Assembly: GCA_963754875.1 (NCBI GenBank)
Contig: CAVWHO010000020.1
Span: forward strand, 192,001-256,000
Length of the DNA stretch: 64,000 nt
Source: Nitrospirota bacterium
GTDB lineage: Bacteria; Nitrospirota; UBA9217
Direction of reading: 5' to 3'
Positions 20,562 through 32,736 of this stretch are shown in pieces. Each line of letters opens with the position of its first letter. Positions within the stretch are counted from its first letter, which is position 1. A program made the position numbers and the translations under genes. Under the pieces are notes generated by a model. That model was not told the DNA's origin. It was given only the letters and a program-made list of their open reading frames with translations, and did not search any database.

Positions 20562-20696
20562 AAAGCGGATGAGGGAGATGCGGCCCTGCGTAGCCGCCTA
20601 TTTCAGGACAACACCCTGCTCTTGCGAAGGCGCGGGTGCGAGACCACACAGGGTTGCCTCTCCATTCGGATTTCGTACCTGGAAGGGAATAAATAA

Positions 20697-21320
20697 ATGC
20701 ATGAACTGATCAACTGGCTCGTTCAAACCATCGGCGCCCTGGGCTATCCCGGTATCTTCCTCCTTATGGCCTTGGAGAGCTCGGTCATTCCGATCCCGAG
20801 CGAGTTGGTGATGCCGCCGGCTGGATATCTTGCCCAGCAGGGGCAGATGAACATGGCGATCGCTATCCTCTGCGGCACTGCCGGCAGCCTCATCGGCGCT
20901 TACGTGAATTACTTCGCGGCCCATTATCTCGGCAGACCACTCATCCTGAAATACGGCAAGTACGTCTGGATCACCGAGGAGAAATTCTCCCGGGTAGAGG
21001 GTTTTTTCAAGGACCACGGCGAGATATCGACCTTCATTGCGAGGCTCCTGCCGGTGGTTCGGCACCTTATTTCGCTCCCTGCAGGACTCGTCGGCATGAA
21101 CCACCTGAAGTTCTCGCTCTACACCGTGCTCGGAGCCGGCATCTGGGTCACCGTGCTCTCGTATATCGGCTATATCATCGGCGCGAATCAGGAGCTCATC
21201 ATGAAGTATTCTCACCAGGCGGTCATCGGCGTGGTAATCGTGAGCGGATTCATCATCGCCGTGTATGTCCGGAACCACCGGAAAAAAAAACAAAAGGCCG
21301 GAGTTGTTGATAGCCAGTAG
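20697..21320 (+). CDS. DedA family membrane protein
   Basis: LESSVIPIPSE, RLLPVVRHLISLPAG. Confidence 0.92.
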   Translation: MHELINWLVQTIGALGYPGIFLLMALESSVIPIPSELVMPPAGYLAQQGQMNMAIAILCGTAGSLIGAYVNYFAAHYLGRPLILKYGKYVWITEEKFSRVEGFFKDHGEISTFIARLLPVVRHLISLPAGLVGMNHLKFSLYTVLGAGIWVTVLSYIGYIIGANQELIMKYSHQAVIGVVIVSGFIIAVYVRNHRKKKQKAGVVDSQ

Positions 21321-21591
21321 GCGGTCTTCTTGTATGACTCTCCAAAATATGATGCGTTCAAATAACGTCATGATACAAACGAACCCAGTTCTGGATAAAT
21401 TCCATGCTTCCATTTCAGTATCTCCTGGCGTGAACGAATCAGGGGAAAACTGTGACAGAATGCCAAGTGGGGATGGGCCTCGACAATAAGCGCAATCCCC
21501 GATACCTGCGTCAGGGAAGAGGTCTTGAAAAACATCTCCAAAAGATAGCAGCCCGGGATTCGGATCGCGCGGTTGGGTTCTTTTACCTGGA

Positions 21592-21626
21592 ACTCTGTAC
21601 TCTGAACGCTGTACTCTGTACTGCAG
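21592..21626. repeat. Heptamer tandem repeat (ACTCTGT-like, five units)
   Basis: actctgt actctga acgctgt actctgt actgcag. Confidence 0.6.
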
Positions 21627-21852
21627 TAAGCTCCTACCCCGAAAATACCCCATTTTTCCCCTTTATCTCCTTTCGAAAATTCATTATACTTTACACAATC
21701 TTTCCAGCAGCACGTTCTAGCCTTTTTTACCCTGCATGCAGTATCAATGCAGAGATGATAGCAGCTCATTTCTGCTCGTAACTGAAAAACCAAGTCTCGC
21801 CGTTATTGCGTTAACAACACAACCGACAGCAGCCAAACAGGAGAGATATATC

Positions 21853-24800
21853 ATGAATGTCAAAACAGTCTTGGGAGTGATTCTGGGATTTTGCATCACC
21901 CTGGGGCAGGCAGGCGCGGAAGAAGCGTCAATCGATATGTTCAGCCCTCAGGGAGAAGTGAAGAACGTACGCCAAGTGACAGCCCGATTCACTGAACAGA
22001 TGGTACCCTTCGGAGAGCCACGGCTTACGGAGCCTTTTGACATCACCTGCCCGGGAAAGGGGCAAGGCAGGTGGGTTGACGGCAGAAACTGGGCGTACGA
22101 CTTCGATCGCGATCTTCCCGCAGGGGTCGTCTGTGAATTCACCATCAAACCTGATCTCAAAACACTTGCCGGCAAAAAGATCGGCGGGCAGCAGAGGTTT
22201 ACTTTTACCACGGGAGGGCCGGCAGTGAAGCGATCCAACCCGGCCGAAGGATGGCAAATTGACGAGGAACAGGCGTTCGTGCTGGCACTCGATGCAGAAG
22301 CGAAAGAAGAATCAATGCTCCAGAACGCTTACTGCTCCGTGGACGGGATCGCGGAGAGGATCGGGATCAAAATCCTGAAGGGCGACGACCGTGAAGAAAT
22401 ACTCAAGAACGAGGGGCGGCATTTCAGCTTCGGAATTTCCCGCGAAGAAGCAAAGGGCTTTCCGCTTGTGGTCGTTCAATGCAAGCAGCGTTTCCCCAGC
22501 AACGCAACGATGCGACTTGTCTGGGGCAAGGGCATCGAATCCCTGAACGGCGTGAAAACGTCGGCTGATCAGGTGCTGTCCTACAAGGTCCGCGAGCCGT
22601 TCAGGGCAACCTTCAGCTGTGACCGCGAGAATGAAAAGGCCGACTGCATTCCTATTCTGCCTTTTCAAATATATTTTACGAGCGCGGTCTCCGGTGAATA
22701 CGCAGAAAAGATCGTCATGCGGGGCCCGAACAATACCATCTTCAAACCTGTGCAGTCCAGGTCTGGAGAGGAGGGCGAGGGCACTGCAAAAAAGCCGGAT
22801 TTCGTGAACCGCCTTGTGTTTGCTGCGCCGCTGCCGCCTCTTGCCTCGTTCACCATCGAGTTCCCGAAGGATCTTAAGGATGATGCGGGTAGGTCTCTGT
22901 CGAACGCGGACAAGTTCCCGCTTACGGTGAAGACAGCGGACTATCCGCCGCTTGCCAAATTTGCTGCGGACTTCGGCATTGTCGAACGGGCAGATCCGTT
23001 CCTTCCGGTGACCCTGCGTAACATCGAGGCCGAAGTTAAGGCGCATGTGTTCGATGCACGAGATGCCAAGAACATCGCTGAGAAAGCTGCAGATGGCGTC
23101 TCCGGCACTATCAAGAATTTGATTTCCGGCCAAGTCACGGGCAAGGTCAGGACCTTCGCTGCTGATACAGACATCATGATCTGGCTGGACCGTGTGGAAG
23201 GCAAGTGGGAACGACCTGGACAAACCCTGTTTCCTGGTACCGAGGCGGAAACCAAGGCAACGGAGCTGACTCTGCCCAAACCCAATGGGCCCAAGGCATT
23301 CGAAGTGATCGGCATCCCGCTCAAACAACCGGGGTTCTACGTTGTCGAATTGGAGAGCCGTATCCTCGGTGAATCGCTGTTAGCAGAACCAAGACCCTAC
23401 TATGCTTCCGCGGCCGCGCTGGTGACGAACCTTTCAGCGCATTTTAAACGCGGCCGTGAATCGTCCCTGGTCTGGGTCACGACGCTCGATAAAGCGGAGC
23501 CGGTGAAGGACGCCCAGGTCACTATCCGTGACTGCGGGGGCACGGTCCATTGGGAAGGAAAGACCGATGCATCCGGCGTCGCGTACGTGAATAAGGAACT
23601 GCCGCAGGAGAAAAGCTGCAGGAACTCCCGGACGTGGGGGTACTACATTTTTGCTCGAACGTCCGATGACATGACCTTTGTGCGTTCTGATTGGAACAAG
23701 GGCATCGAATCCTGGCGTTTCAATCTGCCGGAGGCGTCTTACGAGGGGCCGGTGATCGCCCACACAATCCTCGACCGCAGCCTCTTGCGCGCGGGCGAAA
23801 CAATCTCCATGAAGCATCTCATCCGAAAACACACGACCTCGGGCTTCTCACAGGTGAAGGATTTGCCCAATGCCGTCGTGATCCAGCACCAGGGCAGCGA
23901 TCAACGATACGAGTTTCCCCTGGCATGGGACCAGAGCGGCATCGCCGAGACGACCTGGCAGATCCCGAAAGACGCAAAGCTCGGGACTTACACCATTACT
24001 CTGCTTAAGAAGGCGAGTGCTAAGACGAAGCAGAGGACATCAGTGGGAGGTTATGAAGAGGGCGACGAGGAGTATTTCAGCGCCGATGGCTGGCAATCCG
24101 GCACCTTCCGGGTGGAGGAATTCCGGGTGCCGCTCATGAAAGGGATCATCCAGCCGCCCAAAGAGCCGCTCGTGAATGCGCGTGAGGCAACGGTTGATCT
24201 CTTCGTAAAGTATTTGGCCGGAGGAGGTGCCTCCAATGCTTCGGTCAAGTTCAGGACACTGACTTCACCGAAACAGGTGAGCTTCGACCAGTATGAGGAT
24301 TTTCTGTTTGCCAACGGAAAGGTCAAGGAAGGGCTCACCAGCCGCGAGCAAGAACGGAATTATGAGGAAGAATATGAGGGGGGTGAAGGCGAAGCTGAGG
24401 AGGTGTCGCCCCGCACAAGAAGGATTGCGGTCCTTAAGGAGGCAAGGACCAGAGAACTTATGTTGGATATGACCGGCGCTGTAAGAACGACGATCATTGA
24501 TCTGCCGAAGGCTGCGGTTCCGCAGGACATCCAGGCTGAGATGGAGTTCAGGGACCCGAACGGAGAGGTGCAGACCGTGTCTTCACGCATTCCTCTCTGG
24601 CCCTCGGCCATTCTCGTGGGCATCAAACCCGACTCCTGGGTCGCATCGAAAGAGTCCTTCAAATTCCATGTTCTTGTCGTTGACCTGGCAGGCAAGCCGC
24701 TGTCGAACCGCCCGGTAACAGCCGACCTCTTCGAACGAAAGACCTATTCTCATCGCAAGAGGCTGATCGGAGGCTTCTATGCCTATGAGCATACAACCGA

Positions 24801-27652
24801 AACAAAAAAGGTAACGCAGGTCTGTGAAGGGAAGACTGATTCCAAAGGTCTTCTTATCTGCGAGTCGAAGTCTCCCGTGTCCGGGAACGTGATCATCCAG
24901 GCGCGGGCAACAGATGATGCCGGCAACGAATCAATCAGCCACCGGGACATCTGGATAGCGGACAAGGGCGAGTGGTGGTTCGATGTGTCCGACAACGACC
25001 GCATCGACCTGCTGCCGGAGCAGAGACACTATGAACCGGGCGAGACAGCGCGATTCCAGGTCCGGATGCCATTCCGCGAGGCAACGGCCTTGGTGACCGT
25101 GGAACGAGAGGGAGTCATGGAGACCTTTGTCAGACACCTTTCGGGAAAGATGCCCGTAGTAGAAGTTCCTGTCAAAGGAAACTATGCACCGAATGTATTC
25201 GTTTCCGTACTAGTCGTGCGCGGACGGGTCGGAGACATAAAACCTACGGCATTGGTGGATCTGGGAAGACCTGCATACAAACTCGGCATCGCCGAGATCA
25301 ACGTGGGCTGGCGCGCGCATGAGCTCAGGGTTTTCTTAACCCCGGAAAAGCAGGTCTACCGCATTCGCGACAAAGCAAAGGTCTTCATAAAAGTCCGTCA
25401 GAGGGACAGAAATAATCCCTGGCCCCCGAAAAGCACGGAACTGGCAATTGCTGTCGTGGATGAGGGACTTCTGGAACTCATGCCGAACAAAAGCTGGAAG
25501 CTTCTCGATGCCATGATGGGACGCCGGGGCTATGAGGTGCATACGTCCACTGCCCAGATGCAGGTCGTGGGCAAGCGGCATTACGGGCTCAAGGCATTCC
25601 CGCCGGGCGGCGGAGGCGGCAGGACGGTAACGCGCGAAATGTTCGACACGCTGCTTTTATGGAAAGGCAGGGTCAAGCTGAACGAGAACGGAGAGGCAAC
25701 TGTCGATATTCCTCTGAACGACGCACTCACCAGTTTCAGGATCGCTGCGGTCGCGAACGCCGAATCAGGACTCTTCGGCAGCGGCGAAACCTCGATCCGC
25801 ACGACCCAGGACCTGATGCTCCTTTCCGGTCTGCCGCCGGTCCTCCGTGAAGGGGATAAATATAAAGCAGGGTTTACGGTCCGGAATGCCTCGGACCACA
25901 AGATGGATGTCGACATCACAGCATCGGTAAGCGGCGCATCGATCAAGCCTGAATTGAAAACAGAAAGCCTCGGCCCCGGCGAGGCTCGGGAGATTTTCTG
26001 GGACGCAACAGCGCCGCTCAATATCGACTCGGTCCTCTGGGAAGTTTCTGCGACAGAGAAGAATGGCGGAGCAGCAGACAGGCTCAAGATCAAGCAGAAG
26101 ATCGTCGAAGCAGTACAGGCTCGCGTGTTCCAGGCAACTATCACTCAGGTGGACAAGGTCCATACGCTCACAATCGAAAAGCCGAAAGACGCGATGCCGG
26201 GCAAGGGTGGCGTGAACGTCTCGTTTAGGAAGAAGTTGTCGAACGGCCTTGGCGGTGTAACGTGGTACATGAAGAACTATCCTTACACGTGCATGGAGCA
26301 GAAGACTTCCCGTGCGATTGCTCTCCGGGATGAAGCGCTCTGGAAAGCGGTGATAGCGGAACTACCAGCGCATCTCGACAGTGACGGCCTGGTCAAGTAC
26401 TTCCCGACCTGTCTTGTGGGGAGCGATACCCTTACCGCATATATGCTATCGATTTCAAACGAGGCAGGCTGGGCAATACCCGACGATCTCCAGAATAAAA
26501 TGATTGAAGGCCTGCGCGGGTTCATCGAGGGAAAGGTCATCCGCTGGTCTGCGCTTCCCACTGCCGATGTCTCGATCAGGAAGATGGCGGCGCTTGAGGC
26601 CCTTTCCCGCTATAACAAAGCAGAGTCGGGTCTCCTGAGCTCGATCATGCTCGAACCGAACCTGTGGCCGACGTCAGCGGTGATCGACTGGCTGAATGTG
26701 CTCGTGCGCGTGCCGGACATGCCGGACCGCGAAAAGCGCATCAACGAGACTGAGCAGATCATCCGCTCGCGCCTCAACTTCCAGGGGACCACGATGGGCT
26801 TCTCAACGGAGAAGACCGACTACTTCTGGTGGCTCATGGTATCGACAGACGTGAATGCAGTCCGCACCGTGCTCACCTTCCTCGACAGGGACCAGTGGAA
26901 GGACGACATTCCGCGGCTTGTGCGCGGCGCCATCAACAGGCAGTACCACGGCGCGTGGGGCACGACCACTGCAAATGCCTGGGGCGTTCTGGCCATGGAA
27001 AAATTCTCGAGGAAATTCGAGAATGTTCCGGTTACGGGCAAAACATCTGCCAAAATTGGGGACAAAGCAAAAAGCGTTGACTGGCAGGCTGCCGCAGAAG
27101 GAGCGGCATTGATGTTCAACTGGCCGGCCAAAGAGACCGATCTCACGGTAAACCACCAGGGCACGGGCAAGCCCTGGGCCACGATCCAGAGTATCGCAGC
27201 GATCCCGCTTGAAGGAGCCGTTCTCGAGCGGGTATACGATCAAGAAGACAGTGACGCCCGTAGAGCAGAAACAGCAGGGTGTCTGGTCGCGCGGCGACGT
27301 AGCGCGCGTCAAGCTTGAGCTCGATTCCCAGGCGGACATGACCTGGGTAGTGGTGAACGACCCGATTCCTGCGGGATCGACGATCCTCGGAAGCGGTCTG
27401 GGCGGAGATTCAAAAATGCTCACGAGCAATGAACAGAAAGCCGGTTGGGCCTGGCCGGTCTTTACGGAACGCACTTTCACGGCATACCGCGCCTATTATG
27501 AATATGTCGCAAAAGGCAAGTGGTCACTGGAATACACCGTGCGTTTGAACACGAGCGGCGCCTTCCAACTTCCCGAGACCCGCGTGGAGGCGCTCTATGC
27601 CCCGGAAATGTTCGGGGAGATGCCGAATGCAGGAATGACGATCAATCCTTAA
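21853..27652 (+). CDS. Bacterial alpha-2-macroglobulin, frameshift near 27210
   Basis: MG domains (FRVEEF, YAPNVFV, VVDEG), thioester motif YPYTCMEQ; ORF 27209-27652 supplies the C-terminal domain (DPIPAG, VEALYAPE); followed by pbpC. Confidence 0.92.
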
Positions 27653-27777
27653 TGATACGATGGATGTGTCTTCGCTGGTTCAGGCGTGCAGCCCGAACCG
27701 GTTGTTAATGTGTGGTTCAATCTTCAAGATTGAACCAGCGAAGAGTCCATAGCAACGCATTGTATGGGTAAAAGAAC

Positions 27778-29865
27778 ATGAGATACACCTGGACCATAAT
27801 AGTTTTGTTCCTGCTGGCCGGCCAATCCTTCGGGATGTCCTCGTTTGACGAAGTGAATGCCGCCTATCATTCGTCCGACGCGGTCCTTCTTGACCGTCAC
27901 GGCGAGGTGATCCATGAACTGCGCGTTGATCCGAATTCCCGAAAGCTTCAGTGGACGAGGCTTGCTGATATTTCTCCGGCGCTCGTGAAGGCGGTTATCA
28001 GGTCCGAGGACAAGCGGTTCTACCTGCATCACGGCGTTGACTGGACAGCCTTGTCGTCTGCTGCAGTAGGGAGCATATTCTCGGGCAGGCCGCGTGGCGC
28101 GAGCACGATCACGATGCAGCTTGCTTCACTCATTGACGCGAAGGTGAAATCGAGGAGAGGCCGGCGCACCATCGGTGAGAAGTGGGAACAGATAAAGGCT
28201 GCTCAATCGATCGAAACTACCTGGACAAAAGACCAGGTGCTCGAAGCCTATCTGAACCTCGTGAGCTTTCGGGGAGAACTGCAGGGGATCGCGGCTGCGT
28301 CGCGCGGTATTTTCGACAAGGCACCGGCTGGATTGGATGATACTGAGTCGGCGATTCTTGCTGCGTTGATCCGGTCACCCAATGCTTCTCCTGAAAAAGT
28401 CGGAGAACGGGCCGAGCAGCTTGCCGCGTCCCTGGGGAACTCTCTCCCGGCAGGAAAGATCAGACAACTTGCAATTGACCGGTTGTCCAAAGCATATTCT
28501 GTGCGAAAGAGCATTGACCTTGCGCCGCATGTCGCGAAGATGCTCTTGCGAAAAAGTGTCAGGACTGCAAAAACGACGCTTGATGCCTCTATCCAGCGTT
28601 TCGCGGGGGAAGCTCTCAGCCAGGCAATCAGAGCCCTTGCTGAACAGAATGTGCAGGACGGCGCCGCCCTGGTCGTGGACAACAAAACCGGCGACGTTCT
28701 CGCCTATGTCGGCAATGTAGGCAGTGGTTCTTCGGCCGCCTATGTTGACGGCATTCAAGCGAGGAGGCAGGCAGGTTCTACGCTTAAACCGTTTCTCTAC
28801 GGTCTCGCCATCGAGAAGAAGATTGTTACAGCAGCCTCGCTCATCGAGGATTCTCCGCTGGACTTGCAGACCGGGCGCGGCGTTTACCGGCCTGAGAACT
28901 ACGACAAAAACTTTCGCGGCTTTGTTCCTGTCAGGACCGCTCTTGCCTCGTCCCTCAATATCCCGGCAGTAAAAACGCTGAATCTCGTGGGGGTGAGTGA
29001 ATTCGCTTCAAAGCTTCGCCAGTTCGGATTCAGCGGGCTTAGGGATTCGGAATACTACGGCCCTTCTCTTGCGCTCGGAAGTGCTGATATCACGCTCCTT
29101 GAACTGGTGAACGCATACAGAACGCTTGCAAACGACGGGGTCTGGAGCAGGCTGCGGATGTCGCCCGGCGATAGCAGACATCTTCGCAGACGCGCTCTTT
29201 CCCCGGAGGCGGCCTTTATTATTTCCTCCATCCTCTCCGACCGCGAGGCAAGAAGCGCGACCTTCAGCCTCGAAAGCCCGCTCTCCACGCGCTTCTGGAC
29301 TGCGGTAAAGACCGGTACGAGCAAGGACATGCGGGACAATTGGTGTGTGGGCTTTTCCGACCGCTACACCGTGGGCGTCTGGGTGGGGAACTTTTCAGGC
29401 GCAGCCATGTGGAACGTATCAGGGGTGAGCGGGGCAGCGCCGGTATGGCTCGAGATCATGAATTTTCTCCATCAGGACTCTCCGAGCCGCGCGCCTGCTG
29501 TTCCTGCCGGCGTTACATCACGGCTCGTCACGTTCGCTGATAAGGGATCGTCCGTGCGAAAACAAGAGTGGTTCATCAAAGGTACGGAACAGGACCGGGT
29601 CAGGACCGACGTCGCACTAGTGCAACCGAAGATCATCTATCCCGCACCGGATATGGTGATTGCTCTTGATCCGGACATCCCGCATGATGTGCAGAAAATC
29701 TTTTTCGAAGCATCATCAGATTCAACCATGCGATTCGTTCTGGACGACCGCCTCATCGGGTCAGCGCCTCTCGCATCGTGGCGGCCCGTACGAGGCATGC
29801 ATAGAATTTCGCTTACAGGCGGGAATGGCGCTGTTATTGACCGGGTTACTTTTGAGGTGCGATGA
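27778..29865 (+). CDS. pbpC: Penicillin-binding protein 1C
   Basis: EDKRFY, GASTITMQL, GSTLKP (SxxK), SLN, KTGTS; position after alpha-2-macroglobulin. Confidence 0.93.
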   Translation: MRYTWTIIVLFLLAGQSFGMSSFDEVNAAYHSSDAVLLDRHGEVIHELRVDPNSRKLQWTRLADISPALVKAVIRSEDKRFYLHHGVDWTALSSAAVGSIFSGRPRGASTITMQLASLIDAKVKSRRGRRTIGEKWEQIKAAQSIETTWTKDQVLEAYLNLVSFRGELQGIAAASRGIFDKAPAGLDDTESAILAALIRSPNASPEKVGERAEQLAASLGNSLPAGKIRQLAIDRLSKAYSVRKSIDLAPHVAKMLLRKSVRTAKTTLDASIQRFAGEALSQAIRALAEQNVQDGAALVVDNKTGDVLAYVGNVGSGSSAAYVDGIQARRQAGSTLKPFLYGLAIEKKIVTAASLIEDSPLDLQTGRGVYRPENYDKNFRGFVPVRTALASSLNIPAVKTLNLVGVSEFASKLRQFGFSGLRDSEYYGPSLALGSADITLLELVNAYRTLANDGVWSRLRMSPGDSRHLRRRALSPEAAFIISSILSDREARSATFSLESPLSTRFWTAVKTGTSKDMRDNWCVGFSDRYTVGVWVGNFSGAAMWNVSGVSGAAPVWLEIMNFLHQDSPSRAPAVPAGVTSRLVTFADKGSSVRKQEWFIKGTEQDRVRTDVALVQPKIIYPAPDMVIALDPDIPHDVQKIFFEASSDSTMRFVLDDRLIGSAPLASWRPVRGMHRISLTGGNGAVIDRVTFEVR

Positions 29866-29953
29866 TCAGTTGCCTCCTGGTTGATTCCGCAGTATTGGGT
29901 TGTTTTTTTCCTTCTTTGCTCTCTTCCCCCGACAGTGTATAATGTCGTCACCC

Positions 29954-30706
29954 ATGAAATCCAAAACCGAAGCCATCATTATCAGCAGCATGAACCTGGG
30001 CGAAGCGGACAAGCTCGTTACGTTCTTCTCCCTTGACCGGGGCATGCTCAAAGGCGTAGCCAAGAACGCGCGAAAATCGTTCAAACGCTTCGGTGCAGGG
30101 CTCGAGAGTTTTACCCTCGTCCGGCTCCATCTCTACGAACGCGAGCACCAGGAACTTGCACGGATCGAATCTGCCGATATCATCGAGCAGCACTCCGGGA
30201 TCAGCGCAGACCTCGGCCGCACTGCCGCCGGGGCAGTGATGCTGGAAATGGTGCGGGAAATGTCCCCGCTCGGCGAGCGGAATGCCGCGGCATTCCTGCT
30301 CCTCTCCCACGTGTTCCATCTTCTCGACGAAAGCGTAGACCCGCTTTTTCTGCTCAGCATCTTCAAAATAAAGTTCCTGTCGCTTTTGGGATATCAGCCC
30401 AAGCTCGACCACTGTCTGTCCTGCGGGAACCAGCCGAAAGGGGAGATCATTTTCCTCAGCATGAAGGGAGGCATTCTCTGCCCGGACTGCATGGTGTCTT
30501 CCGGCGAACCGCAGGTGAAACTGTCTCCCGGAGCGGTCGGCTTTTATTACCAGGCGCTCAGGATGGAGATGGACAAAATATCCCGGCTCAAGCCTTCATT
30601 GGGCATCGTGCAGGAGCTTGATAAGACGTTCACTGCCCACACCTTCCACATTCTCGGCAAACGGCTCAAAGCAACGGAGTTTCTGAAAACAATAACGGCA
30701 TTGTAA
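29954..30706 (+). CDS. recO: DNA repair protein RecO
   Basis: LGEADKLVTFFS...GVAKNARKS.KRFG; Zn finger CLSCG...CPDC. Confidence 0.92.
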   Translation: MKSKTEAIIISSMNLGEADKLVTFFSLDRGMLKGVAKNARKSFKRFGAGLESFTLVRLHLYEREHQELARIESADIIEQHSGISADLGRTAAGAVMLEMVREMSPLGERNAAAFLLLSHVFHLLDESVDPLFLLSIFKIKFLSLLGYQPKLDHCLSCGNQPKGEIIFLSMKGGILCPDCMVSSGEPQVKLSPGAVGFYYQALRMEMDKISRLKPSLGIVQELDKTFTAHTFHILGKRLKATEFLKTITAL

Positions 30707-30737
30707 GGTTAGTTTCGCCACGGAGTCGCTGCGAATG

Positions 30738-32312
30738 TCAGGATGCTTTTTCCCGAATTTTTGCGGCCTTTTTGGAGAGGGCAGTGGCTTTTCTCGGGAT
30801 TTTTGCCAGCAGGATCAGGCTTAAAATCACGCAGGCATAGGAGAAGAGGTCGCCGTACCGGGTATAGAAGGAGTGTTCGGTCCCCGGTACGAGCTTGTGC
30901 GTAAGGTATGCTTCGGTGAAGATCCCTGAGGTTTCGAGGATCCTTCCCCGTGAATCGATAAACCCCGAAATGCCGGTATTCGCAGCTCGGGCGACCGGCA
31001 CGCGGTTCTCCACGGCACGGAAAACCGCCATAGAAAAGTGCTGGTAGGGGGCCGCGGTCCTGCCGAACCAGGCATCGTTCGTGATCGTTGTCACGATCTC
31101 GGCCCCTCGATCGACAAATCTTCTGACGAGATCGGGGAAAATGATCTCATAACAAATGACCGTACAGAGCTTTGTTTCTTTCCGCTGCCCCGGCTCTCCA
31201 TAAGGCAGCGTCATCACCGTGTACTCGTTTCCGCCCTGGAAGTCGCCGATTGCCTGCACCATCTTTTCGATAAAGAACAGGACTTTTTTGAGCGGCACGT
31301 ATTCACCGAAGGGGACCAGGTGCATCTTATGGTACACGGCGTCGATGTTGCCGTCTCCCGAGATTAGAAACGCTGAGTTCCTTCCGATGATCCGCCTGTT
31401 GGGTTGTATTTCGTACGTCGGGCTGCCCGTGAGCAGCGGCACATGGTTCTGCCTCACGAATTCAATGAGGTCGGCAGTCATAACGCGGTCGGTCGTACCG
31501 ACTCCCGTGAAGTAGAACGGTGTAGCGGTCTCAGGCCAGATGACCAGATCAGGACGCTGCCTGAGTGCTTCCTGCGTGAGCCGCTTGTAGGTCGAGATCA
31601 CTTCTGACTGGTAGGCAGGGTCCCATTTTTTGTCCTGCTCGATGTTTCCCTGAATGACGGAGATCGAAACCCCATCGGACGCCTGAGGAGCGCGAAGCTT
31701 CGCGAACCCGTAGCCCAGAACGAGGATCACCACGAGGGAAGCCGTGATGATAGGAACATGGTTTTTCCTGTCCATGATGGCTGACGCCAGGGCGGCATTC
31801 ACCAGTACGATAAAAAACGAGACCCCGTACACGCCGGTGATGTCAGAGATCTGTATGACCGGAAGCACGGAGTATTGCGAGTAACCGAGCAATGACCAGG
31901 GGAAGCCGCTGAATACATAAGTCCGCGCAAGTTCAAGGGCGGTCCAGATCAAAGGTGCTGCGACGAAAAACAGTTTCGGATGATTGTACCTGATGTTGAC
32001 CATGCAGGCGCCGAACAAGGCCGGGTAGAGCGCGAGATAAGCGCAGAGGGACAAGGTGATGAGGGATGCGGGAATGAGCGGAAAACCGCCATAAAAATGA
32101 ATTGAATTCGTGACCCAGTGGACGGTGCCGCTAAAGAACACTATTCCCGTAATTCCGCCGAGCCAGAAGCCGGTCTTGACGTTCAGTTCCCTGAGCGCAA
32201 AGAAAAGCGGAATAAAGGCAATCCAGGCAAGGAAATGGAGATTGAAGAGAGGGAAGGCTGCGGCGAGGAGAAGACCGGACAGCGCGGCGAGGGCCGTGGA
32301 ACGGAGGTTCAT
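30738..32312 (-). CDS. lnt: Apolipoprotein N-acyltransferase
   Basis: GFPW, QGNI, WPETA, KMHLVPFGEY, ICYEIIF, TNDAWFG, RAANTGIS. Confidence 0.95.
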   Translation of the reverse strand: MNLRSTALAALSGLLLAAAFPLFNLHFLAWIAFIPLFFALRELNVKTGFWLGGITGIVFFSGTVHWVTNSIHFYGGFPLIPASLITLSLCAYLALYPALFGACMVNIRYNHPKLFFVAAPLIWTALELARTYVFSGFPWSLLGYSQYSVLPVIQISDITGVYGVSFFIVLVNAALASAIMDRKNHVPIITASLVVILVLGYGFAKLRAPQASDGVSISVIQGNIEQDKKWDPAYQSEVISTYKRLTQEALRQRPDLVIWPETATPFYFTGVGTTDRVMTADLIEFVRQNHVPLLTGSPTYEIQPNRRIIGRNSAFLISGDGNIDAVYHKMHLVPFGEYVPLKKVLFFIEKMVQAIGDFQGGNEYTVMTLPYGEPGQRKETKLCTVICYEIIFPDLVRRFVDRGAEIVTTITNDAWFGRTAAPYQHFSMAVFRAVENRVPVARAANTGISGFIDSRGRILETSGIFTEAYLTHKLVPGTEHSFYTRYGDLFSYACVILSLILLAKIPRKATALSKKAAKIREKAS

Positions 32313-32313
32313 G

Positions 32314-32718
32314 CTACTTTGCCGCTTTCTGTTCCTGCATCCATTTCAAGAGTCCGTCCTTCATGCTGCTGTTGATGGGCTCGCCCGCAGATGCTGAAAG
32401 CGCCGGTTGCTGGTGCATTGGCCGCGGTTTGCGTGCAACACTTTTCCCAGATTTTGGATTTGGAGCTACGGACGGTTTCCTCGCCGCGGGCCGCTGCTGC
32501 GCCGGCGGCCGTTTCTGCTCCTCCTGCACAGCGGGGCTGAGCGTAGAAATCGCATGGCGATACAGAATTTCCCGCTTCGGGCCTTCCATGATAATGACGT
32601 AGCCGTCGAATGCCTTGATTTTTCCCGAAACACGGATCTTGTTCTGGAGCGTTACGGTTACGGGCGTCTGCTCGGTCAGATAGGTATTCAGCATCCGGTC
32701 GAGGAGATTTGTTTCCAT
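32314..32718 (-). CDS. Hfq-like protein with a long basic, Pro-rich C-terminal tail
   Basis: PVTVTLQNKIRVSGKIKAFDGYVI...ILYRHAISTL (Sm1/Sm2); GAGGTG RBS. Confidence 0.8.
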   Translation of the reverse strand: METNLLDRMLNTYLTEQTPVTVTLQNKIRVSGKIKAFDGYVIIMEGPKREILYRHAISTLSPAVQEEQKRPPAQQRPAARKPSVAPNPKSGKSVARKPRPMHQQPALSASAGEPINSSMKDGLLKWMQEQKAAK

Positions 32719-32736
32719 GGAAAACACCTCATGCTA

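Noticed and set aside
27190..27230. Programmed ribosomal frameshifting in alpha-2-macroglobulin, ubiX, argS or the kinase
   Set aside because: No slippery heptamers at the shift sites; the pattern fits sequencing indels
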